Virus record (IMG/VR): IMGVR_UViG_3300025109_000064
Source of the DNA: a virus
Length of the DNA stretch: 24,383 nucleotides
Direction: 5' to 3' (one strand)
Part shown: positions 17,456-24,383 of the stretch, piece after piece
Layout: every line of letters starts with the position of its first letter
Numbering within the stretch: the stretch's first letter is position 1
The notes under the pieces: model-generated
Database searches by the model: none
What the model was told of the DNA's origin: nothing
Seen by the model: only the letters and a program-made list of their open reading frames with translations
Position numbers and translations under genes: made by a program

Positions 17456-18375
17456 GACAACGATAACTCCTCAATATTTTTGTTTGGTTCACGCCCCACA
17501 TGTGTAAGATAACGTTTACCGCTTTTATATTTAAATACTCTTATACCATTACCAGAGTTAGCATCTTCCCAACATTTCTTTTTGTAGTCACAATACATAC
17601 ACCCGATTCTAAGTTTCATGTTACCACTTTCACCATCTGGTTTAGCATCATAACAACGTTCTGGCGGGTGATCATTGTGTATTATCTCTTTAACTTCTGC
17701 AAGCCTCTTACTAAAATCTATCATCTCAAGTGAATCTACATTAAAGACATGCATATGTCCATTTACTTTATTCATCACAATAAAAGCAGCCTCATCTTCT
17801 CCATCAGCATAGCCAGATATCTGTGCTATATATCCAAACGGATCATCCTGATATAGTTTACCACTAACAAACTTATTGAACGAATGTGGTGATGCTGATT
17901 TAACATCTACCACAATACCATCAACCTTTCCATCCATATGTCCGGTAACACCATCAATGGTTTTTTCTTCTTGTTGGGAAGATACTTCATGACCAGCTGT
18001 CTTAATAAGTAGGAACACCAGCTGTTCAATCATGTGACCAAACATAAACTTGATACGTGTGGAGGCATGAAGCTCTTCAGCTTTATGTGGCATATTGTAT
18101 TGGTACCATAGTTGTCGGTTAGGTTTACCAACACTGGAGAATCTAATAGCATCTTTAGATTTATGTTCTGATCTTACAAAATTATCACGTATAGAATCTA
18201 GTATGTTATCAGCAAATTCCTTAAGGTCATTTTCTGATGGCTGTATATTATTTGTAAAGACATCTTTAATATCATCTATTAATAAATCTAATTTACCCAT
18301 GTTATTATTCATAAAAACCGGAGAGACTTCAGCTTTATGTTGCTGGATTATCCCCCCGGTTCTTATTCCTTTCAT
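17452..18375 (-). CDS. PD-(D/E)xK (Cas4/RecB-like) exonuclease; true start may be 18312 or 18300
   Basis: IRFSSVGKPNRQLWY, FMFGHMIE, GHMDGKVDGIVVDVKSAS, YIAQISGY, CMYCDYKKKCW. The first ~20 annotated codons coincide with an RNA hairpin. Confidence 0.8.
   Translation of the reverse strand: MKGIRTGGIIQQHKAEVSPVFMNNNMGKLDLLIDDIKDVFTNNIQPSENDLKEFADNILDSIRDNFVRSEHKSKDAIRFSSVGKPNRQLWYQYNMPHKAEELHASTRIKFMFGHMIEQLVFLLIKTAGHEVSSQQEEKTIDGVTGHMDGKVDGIVVDVKSASPHSFNKFVSGKLYQDDPFGYIAQISGYADGEDEAAFIVMNKVNGHMHVFNVDSLEMIDFSKRLAEVKEIIHNDHPPERCYDAKPDGESGNMKLRIGCMYCDYKKKCWEDANSGNGIRVFKYKSGKRYLTHVGREPNKNIEELSLS
18316..18361 (-). terminator. Stem-loop after the SSB gene (terminator/attenuator or RNase III site)
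   Basis: Minus strand AACCGGGGGGA pairs with TCTCTCCGGTT (11 bp, 2 G-U), with an internal loop, an upper stem CAGC/GCTG and an 8-nt loop, ending in a short U run. Confidence 0.55.
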
Positions 18376-18378
18376 ATG

Positions 18379-18858
18379 TTACTCAAACGGAATTTCTATA
18401 GCTTCAGTAGGAGTATTAGAAACAAATCCAGTTTCCTCTTCAAAATCATCTTTTGGAATGTATTCCACAAGATTTAGAACCTGAACTCCTTTAAGGATTC
18501 CTTTAATCCCACTACGTGCATTGTTTCCTAAAGTATAGGTCCATTCATATGGATAGTAAGCTACCTTTACAACCGAACCATTACCAATTAGTGTTCCAGA
18601 CATATCATTTTTCTTTGCATCAATTAGTCGTGGTTTAGGTAATTCAGTACCATCTTGCATGAATTTATCTTTAGTAAACGTAACGAAAGTACCGCGATCA
18701 TCATCTTTGTTCTTGACCGGGATACCTTCTTCTTCCATTAGAGCAACACCCTTCTTATCCAACGATAGATCAATAGACCAACGTGGTTTATCAGCATCGA
18801 ACATATTGGTTGCTCTATCTAACTTAGCCCAATAGGCTTTTCCTTTAATTATAGACAT
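18379..18858 (-). CDS. Single-stranded DNA-binding protein, T7 gp2.5-like
   Basis: KGKAYWAKL..LIGNGSVVKV..LKGVQVLNLVEY and an acidic tail ending in IPFE; located after the polymerase. Confidence 0.8.
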   Translation of the reverse strand: MSIIKGKAYWAKLDRATNMFDADKPRWSIDLSLDKKGVALMEEEGIPVKNKDDDRGTFVTFTKDKFMQDGTELPKPRLIDAKKNDMSGTLIGNGSVVKVAYYPYEWTYTLGNNARSGIKGILKGVQVLNLVEYIPKDDFEEETGFVSNTPTEAIEIPFE

Positions 18859-18911
18859 AGTATTTTTCCTTTTTTATATATGTATATATTTATATTTATT
18901 AGTGGATATTT

Positions 18912-20582
18912 TTAGTGTGTATCACTCCAGCTTGATCCTATCTTGTAGTTGGAATCAAGTGGACAGTTTAATTGTAGTTCCTTCTCCGTCTGTTTCAAAG
19001 CCTCTTGTGTTATTATTCCAAGTTCTTCTGCTTGGTTTTTTCTAACCTCAAATTGAATCTCATCGTGTATGTTTGCTACTGGTAAAGCATCTATATTTTT
19101 ACGATGAACTTCTTTCATAATTTGTATCAACCAATCCTTACAGATGATAGCCCCACCACCCTGAATGAGAACATTAAGTACCGAATGTAAACTCCTGATG
19201 TGAAGGTAACGTCCATCCAAAGCTCGTAGCTTCCTGTTCTTTCTAGCACAAACATCAACGCTTGTCAACAATTTTTGGAGAGCCGGTACATTTCCCAAGA
19301 ATCTATCTCTTACTACCCTTGCTACTACCAGATCTTTGTTCAAGATCTTCGCTATTTTATAAGGACCAGCTCCATACATTAAGGCATATATAAAAGTCTT
19401 TGCTTGATCTCTAGTTGAAAGACCAGCAAGCTCTTGATTTATGGTGTGTACATCACCGTTTAAGATTTCATCTATATATTTTTGATCTTTCATATAGTGA
19501 GCAAGTACACGAAGCTCTAAGGAACTGGCATCACATCCCAATAAAACATAGTTGTTCTTATCTTCAACAGTCCAACAGTTTCTACAATCTTTTCCGAATG
19601 GGGAATGAACAGATGGTGTCTGTGCTACATTAGGATTGTTATGGCTACACCTTGTAGAAATAGTTCCTAATGTTCTAACTCTACCATGTATTCGTGAAGT
19701 ACTAGGATCACAAAACTTAATCCATGACTTAATCTGTGCTGACCTCTTCTGTAACAAGAGATATTCTTTACATAGTTTTGCTTCAGGAATATCTTCTATA
19801 CTATCTAGTACTACCTCATTAACTATAACGTTTCCCTTTACAGTAAAATCAGTAGGTATCCACCCTAAATTTTGTAGGTGTTTACCTATTTGTTGTCTTG
19901 AGTTAGGATTAAATGGTATCTCTTTTGTCTTTGTTTTAAGCTCAACTATAGTGGGAGGAAAAACTTCTTTTAATTGGTTACTTATTTTAATAGAAGCATC
20001 GGTTATCTTAGCCAACAATAGTGTGGCTGCAGGAAGATCAAAATAAAATCCGTTTTCCTCCTGTTTATCTATAAGATGTCTGAACAGATGTTCACGTTTT
20101 ATACTATCTTCTGAGAACTTAGCGAGTTCTTTTTCATTTTCTGTTAGGTAGGTATATAATTTATGGGTAAGCTCTACATCATTCTGACAATATTCAACCA
20201 GTTCATTACTAAACACATCAAAATTATCCATCTCTGTCTTGGGATAATCTAGTCTTAAACCCCACATCTTTAATGAATGACCACCATCACGAACAGGGTT
20301 GGCTAGTTGAGACATGATTAGTGTATCTATAGTTCTGTTTATGGGGTGGGCATATCCAAGTAATTTCTTAATAACCCTAAGATCAAAACTAATAATGTTA
20401 TGACCTATAAAGAATAAATCTTCTTTTTTACAGTAATCAATAAAAGAATCATAGTTATTGTTAGTAAATGTTAAAACCTTTCCAGAATCAAGTTCCTTAC
20501 AGACAATACAATATATAGTAGTAGCATCTGGATAAAGATTATCGGTTTCTATATCTATAATAACTTTGTTATTCAAAGTCAT
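18912..20582 (-). CDS. polA: DNA polymerase family A with 3'-5' exonuclease, T7 gp5-like
   Basis: Exo I IIDIETD; motif A LLGCDASSLELRVLAHY; motif B RDQAKTFIYALMYGAG; motif C ANIHDEIQ. The ATG at 20582 overlapping the helicase stop is more plausible than 20612. Confidence 0.93.
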   Translation of the reverse strand: MTLNNKVIIDIETDNLYPDATTIYCIVCKELDSGKVLTFTNNNYDSFIDYCKKEDLFFIGHNIISFDLRVIKKLLGYAHPINRTIDTLIMSQLANPVRDGGHSLKMWGLRLDYPKTEMDNFDVFSNELVEYCQNDVELTHKLYTYLTENEKELAKFSEDSIKREHLFRHLIDKQEENGFYFDLPAATLLLAKITDASIKISNQLKEVFPPTIVELKTKTKEIPFNPNSRQQIGKHLQNLGWIPTDFTVKGNVIVNEVVLDSIEDIPEAKLCKEYLLLQKRSAQIKSWIKFCDPSTSRIHGRVRTLGTISTRCSHNNPNVAQTPSVHSPFGKDCRNCWTVEDKNNYVLLGCDASSLELRVLAHYMKDQKYIDEILNGDVHTINQELAGLSTRDQAKTFIYALMYGAGPYKIAKILNKDLVVARVVRDRFLGNVPALQKLLTSVDVCARKNRKLRALDGRYLHIRSLHSVLNVLIQGGGAIICKDWLIQIMKEVHRKNIDALPVANIHDEIQFEVRKNQAEELGIITQEALKQTEKELQLNCPLDSNYKIGSSWSDTH

Positions 20583-22179
20583 CGCTCTGTGTCTCATCAA
20601 GACTAGCATCATTCATATCTAATTCAGTCAATCTTCCTGTATCTTTACTCCACTGTAATAATACAGCCGGACCAGACTCACCTGAGAAACGGTTCTTCAG
20701 AACTCTTATCATGGTTCTGTTTCTTTCTGTTTCATTTAATGCCTGTGTGTTTCGTTCAAGAGCATAGATCATATCAGGTAACTGAGCAAGACTATGACTA
20801 CCCCTGAGTTGATTGAGGCTGATGTTTGCACCTTCCTCATGACCGGTACCTTGTGGTCTACTGAGGTGAGAAACAACAATCATATGAATCCCTAACTCCT
20901 GTACCAACACCCGAAGCTTGACCATGATATCATCAATAGCTTTACGTTCATTAAGGGTGTCATAAATGATCATGGATATATGATCAATAACTATGTACTT
21001 ACAATCTAATCCTTTTACCATGTATCTGACTCTGGTCATGAGATTAGTAAGAGATGAGTTACCGAAGTGGTTCCAAAAAACTACCTGATTAAGATCGTTA
21101 AGAGCTTTAAGGGCTTTCTTCTTATCATCTACGGTCCAATCTTTATCACCGGGAGTATTAATATGAAATTTCTTAGAAGCTTCAACAGATAATATACCTA
21201 ATCCTGTCTTGGTTACGTTCTCTTCAAGAAACAAACAACCAATATTGTTATCTGTCTTTTTAATTATATAGTGAACAAGCTCACGCATAACACTGGACTT
21301 ACCTATACCACTACCTGCTGTAATAAGAACAAGCTCTCCCATTCTCATACCATAGGTGAGTTCGTTTAGTCCAGCCCACGGATAAGCAAGACTCTTAACT
21401 TCTTTATCTTCGAGTAAGAGATGAGCTATATCAGGGCCATATACAATTCCTTCAGGTGTATATGTCTTAGCATTCCAGAAATCCTTAACAAACTCTTGGG
21501 CTTGTCCTGCTTTGAGATACTCGTTGGCATCCTTTAAGGACATATACATTATCTTACAAGTACCGGGTTCAAGAAGATTAGCTACTTCTTTAGATGCTTT
21601 CTGGCCCTGCTCATCACTATCAAAACATAGAACGATGTTATCGAATGTATTGAGATAATCAAGGTTATATTTGATCTCATTAGCAGCAGAAGCAGAACCA
21701 TTTCTTACGCTTAGTACGGGCCACTTACTTCCCAACATTTGGTAGGCAGATAAACAATCTATTTCACCTTCGGTTATGGTTATATATTTACCACCTTCCT
21801 TAAAGAACTTCTGTCCGAAGAGTTCTGTTTTCTTTTTATCTCCTTCAGAATAGAATGTTTTATCTTCAACTACTCTTACTTTATTTGATATATGTTTACC
21901 TTCTTTGTTGTAGTATGGATATAGATGAACCTCTTGGTTAGATCTATTTATTCCAACCTGAACATTATATTTCTTACATGTTTCAAGTTCAATATTTCTA
22001 TCTGGTATTGATTGGTAGGTATATCTTTTCTGTGTCATTGGTTTATTACCACTGTCTGTTGATTTATGATATACGTGACAAGAAAAACAATAGGTGTTAT
22101 CTGGATATATAGTTAATGCATCACTACTACCACAATCAGAACATGGTAGATGTGATTTAAGTGGTTCTTGTTCTATCAT
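20569..22179 (-). CDS. Primase-helicase, T7 gp4-like
   Basis: Zn ribbon (CSDC..YCFSC), TOPRIM (ITEGEIDCLS, LCFDSDEQG), Walker A AGSGIGKS, IVIDHIS and QLRGS of SF4 helicases. Confidence 0.95.
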   Translation of the reverse strand: MIEQEPLKSHLPCSDCGSSDALTIYPDNTYCFSCHVYHKSTDSGNKPMTQKRYTYQSIPDRNIELETCKKYNVQVGINRSNQEVHLYPYYNKEGKHISNKVRVVEDKTFYSEGDKKKTELFGQKFFKEGGKYITITEGEIDCLSAYQMLGSKWPVLSVRNGSASAANEIKYNLDYLNTFDNIVLCFDSDEQGQKASKEVANLLEPGTCKIMYMSLKDANEYLKAGQAQEFVKDFWNAKTYTPEGIVYGPDIAHLLLEDKEVKSLAYPWAGLNELTYGMRMGELVLITAGSGIGKSSVMRELVHYIIKKTDNNIGCLFLEENVTKTGLGILSVEASKKFHINTPGDKDWTVDDKKKALKALNDLNQVVFWNHFGNSSLTNLMTRVRYMVKGLDCKYIVIDHISMIIYDTLNERKAIDDIMVKLRVLVQELGIHMIVVSHLSRPQGTGHEEGANISLNQLRGSHSLAQLPDMIYALERNTQALNETERNRTMIRVLKNRFSGESGPAVLLQWSKDTGRLTELDMNDASLDETQSDDFE

Positions 22180-22745
22180 CGGAAAGATAATCCTCTAATA
22201 GCTGCTTCAAGATAAATAACACGTTCATTATATATATCTAAGTCTAAGCCTTTAATCAAGGGAGTAATACGAAAGGGAATAAAGGCAGGAAACACAACCA
22301 TATCACCCGGTAACATATCTATCTTTGTTTCCATCCCATCTAGGTTTATTAATTCACAATTCCCACCAGAAGTATTCTCTGAATTGTCATTTAACTTACA
22401 GATACAAACTAGTTTCTTTTCCTTTTGATGTATACCTATTGGTTTAGGTTCATCACCATAATATCTAACCATGTTGTTCCAGTATTTATGGTGCATATCT
22501 CTGTTGTCTGTATCGTTATCTATTCTAAATATATTTATGTACTCTATACGATCTATATCAAAGTACCAATGATTGTTTTCATTTACTTCCTTAACTACTC
22601 TTTTAATTTCCTTACCCATATTTGATTTAGGTGGAAGACTATACAAAGACTTACCTGTAATCATACTATCTACAATAAGTTTGTTACGTTCCTTTTCATC
22701 AAGAAAGTTTTCATATAGGTACATTATTCTTTTCATTATAGTCAA
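22176..22745 (-). CDS. 2OG-Fe(II) oxygenase-like (prolyl-hydroxylase type) protein with degenerate metal ligands
   Basis: KKLVCICKLND..SGGNCEL..PGDMVVFPAFIPFRITPLIKG..RVIYL..IRGLSFR parallels the usual RKLS..LND..EGGEL..GxxxxFPS..HRVTPVTKG..R..GPxFR pattern, but the distal His is Phe and no HxD is evident. Confidence 0.6.
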   Translation of the reverse strand: MTIMKRIMYLYENFLDEKERNKLIVDSMITGKSLYSLPPKSNMGKEIKRVVKEVNENNHWYFDIDRIEYINIFRIDNDTDNRDMHHKYWNNMVRYYGDEPKPIGIHQKEKKLVCICKLNDNSENTSGGNCELINLDGMETKIDMLPGDMVVFPAFIPFRITPLIKGLDLDIYNERVIYLEAAIRGLSFR

Positions 22746-23230
22746 GTCTTTCCTTTCATTCTTATTAGTTTCCCATTGAGGTTACTATCACTTATAGCTT
22801 GAACATTATTTTCTCCGTAAGCTACTAAACAAGATGGTGCATTGGCACTTTGACCTTGCTCTCCTGATACATAATAAAATTTAATTCTACCTTTGAAAAA
22901 AAATACCGCATCAGCTTTATCCCACACTTGTTCATGAAACCCTATAGTTTCTGTTCGTGCAAATATTAAAGTCATACCGTTACCATGATTAGATAATTTA
23001 TCTAACCACTTAAATGTTTCTTTACCATAAGGGGGGTTACACCATACTCTACCGTACCATTTTTTAGTAAATCCATTATCAAGTTTATTATAATGTTTTT
23101 TTGCGGTATCCCAAGGTCTGTTGATTGGTGAACAAGGGTCTAAATCAAACTCACCTAATGACTTAATTATCTCAGGCGGAGTTAACCACTCATCATTATT
23201 ATTAATATTAATATTAAAATCTTTACTCAT
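22742..23230 (-). CDS. dam: Phage DNA N6-adenine methyltransferase (T1/HP1 Dam-like family)
   Basis: DEWLTPPE..FDLDPCS and VWCNPPYG (motif IV); short single-domain length typical of this family. Target specificity is not determinable from sequence. Confidence 0.82.
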   Translation of the reverse strand: MSKDFNININNNDEWLTPPEIIKSLGEFDLDPCSPINRPWDTAKKHYNKLDNGFTKKWYGRVWCNPPYGKETFKWLDKLSNHGNGMTLIFARTETIGFHEQVWDKADAVFFFKGRIKFYYVSGEQGQSANAPSCLVAYGENNVQAISDSNLNGKLIRMKGKT

Positions 23231-23233
23231 TCT

Positions 23234-23470
23234 TTAACACCATTTAGTAAATATTCTTCTGATAGTAATACCTACTGTAAGGGATAACACAACAAAGATC
23301 AGTGTCATGTAGAAACTTTCCATGAATGTAGGTTCTCTAAATCCAAAGAAAGGTAACACTACAAAGTTAAGACCTACCGCACCAAAGAATGTTATTACCC
23401 TCTTTAATAACTCTTCTATGATTGATGTACTTAGTTTTTGCATACCAGAAATACCACTGTATTTATACAT
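23234..23470 (-). CDS. Small two-TM membrane protein (start 23470 or 23443)
   Basis: Hydrophobic segments ending in IRRIF; matches a widespread small phage family I recall as ..PLFG..RSY.lRR.FN. Confidence 0.6.
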   Translation of the reverse strand: MYKYSGISGMQKLSTSIIEELLKRVITFFGAVGLNFVVLPFFGFREPTFMESFYMTLIFVVLSLTVGITIRRIFTKWC

Positions 23471-23846
23471 CGGTTGGACGATAATATTCTCGTATTCCTG
23501 TTTTTGGATTTACTCTGGTAGGAAGAGGTGTGTTCATAGACTTAATATATTTTTCACATTCAGCCTTAGCCTCTTCTTCTGTATCGTATGGTCCATATCT
23601 ATCTACTATATATTCACTTCCACCCATCTCAGTCCATTGGGATGGATCAAAGTAATCATTAGCACTATCCCCCGGATAATGCATCATTCTATACGGAGCC
23701 ATAAAAAACCATGTACCTTCTTCACTTGGATCAGATTCATGGTTACGAACTATACCTTTACATTCATCACCATTCCATAACCAAGACCATGAAGATTGAT
23801 TAGTTTGTTCATCTTCTTTAAAATCATCTTTAGATGTATCTTTCAT
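23463..23846 (-). CDS. Hypothetical acidic, aromatic-rich protein; first gene of the early arm
   Basis: 127-aa ORF with AAGGT upstream of the ATG; its stop overlaps the next gene's start; no family recognised. Confidence 0.6.
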   Translation of the reverse strand: MKDTSKDDFKEDEQTNQSSWSWLWNGDECKGIVRNHESDPSEEGTWFFMAPYRMMHYPGDSANDYFDPSQWTEMGGSEYIVDRYGPYDTEEEAKAECEKYIKSMNTPLPTRVNPKTGIREYYRPTDV

Positions 23847-24018
23847 TATTCAATACCTTTAATTAAAAAAATATATTATTGATAAGAAATATATTATAAA
23901 CACTAACACTACTAATCTGAGGCGGATCTTTTCATCAGGGTTATATAAGGGCCATCCATAATTATATTTCACATTTCAACGCCTTCCCGGTGGGCACACC
24001 TTCCAACACGCAGCGGGG

Positions 24019-24047
24019 ACGCTACACGAAACGGCAACGTCGGTCAA
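24019..24047 (-). promoter_or_regulatory. Putative sigma70 promoter for the early/replication arm
   Basis: Minus strand TTGACC, 17 bp, TAGCGT (TAnnnT), preceded by a T-tract (UP-like). Confidence 0.55.
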
Positions 24048-24060
24048 GAAAAAAATTCTC

Positions 24061-24089
24061 TTGCATCACCTGTCGGGGTGTGCTAGGAT
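24061..24089 (+). promoter_or_regulatory. Putative sigma70 promoter firing into the repeat array
   Basis: TTGCAT (24061-24066), 17 bp, TAGGAT (24084-24089), with an extended -10 TGn and an upstream A7 tract. Confidence 0.55.
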
Positions 24090-24125
24090 GGAGCGGAAGG
24101 AAAGGGGGGGAGTTATTATAGATAT

Positions 24126-24383
24126 ATCTATAGATAGGATCTATAGATCTTGTCTTTAGAAGTATCTATAGATCCTATCTTTAGATAATATTTATAATAA
24201 TAATCTTTAAAAACTAATCTAAAGATAAGATCTATAGATAGGATCTATAGATCTTGTCTTTAGAAGTATCTATAGATCCTATCTTTAGATAATATTTATA
24301 ATAATAATCTTTAAAAACTAATCTAAAGATAAGATCTATAGATAGTATCTATAGATCTTGTCTTTAGAAGTATCTATAGATCC
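24126..24383. repeat. 104-bp tandem repeat (~2.5 copies, cut by window end) composed of ATCT(A/T)(A/T)AGAT palindromic units
   Basis: Units start at 24126, 24230 and 24334; the only mismatch seen is G>T at 24346. Confidence 0.95.

Noticed and set aside
22176-23230. DNA hypermodification pathway (methylase + oxygenase + glycosyltransferases)
   Set aside because: The methylase is N6-adenine type, the oxygenase is not TET/JBP-like and lacks metal ligands, and the GTs are in the late arm and resemble glycan rather than DNA transferases.
14061-23780. Plus-strand ORFs opposite the replication genes (e.g. 15150-15443, 18095-18484, 19636-20046, 23322-23780)
   Set aside because: Fully overlap well-supported genes on the other strand; no recognisable domains.
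23951-23978. dif-like look of GCCATCCATAA-TTATAT-TTCACATTTCA
   Set aside because: Only CATAA of the XerC arm matches; the conserved XerD arm (TTATGTTAAAT) is absent.
1-24383. tRNA, rRNA, self-splicing intron or intein
   Set aside because: No cloverleaf or rRNA-like segment seen; polymerase, helicase and RNR are compact and uninterrupted.

Overview
AT-rich phage DNA resembling a T7-like podovirus, probably with a Gram-negative host (lipobox spanins; alphaproteobacterial marine host is an inference). Two convergent gene arms meet at 13718-13721. The + arm (late) has the end of a virion-type gene, a 2806-aa internal virion/ejection-like protein, three glycosyltransferase genes (two CDI-like paralogues and a GT-methyltransferase-Maf fusion), a holin/spanin cassette and a repeat lipoprotein. 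The - arm (early/replication) has a Dam-type methylase, a degenerate 2OG-Fe(II) oxygenase, T7-type primase-helicase, PolA, SSB, exonuclease, endonuclease I, DUF3310 and a class II ribonucleotide reductase. No RNA polymerase, repressor or stand-alone integrase gene is in the window. The window ends in divergent sigma70-like promoters and a 104-bp tandem array of palindromes. Main finding: a complete XerC/D-like tyrosine recombinase, with core-binding domain and all catalytic residues (R-K-H-R-H-Y), is embedded in the middle of the giant virion protein. The phage may therefore inject a ready-made recombinase with its DNA. All family assignments are from motif recognition by eye; no database search was run.
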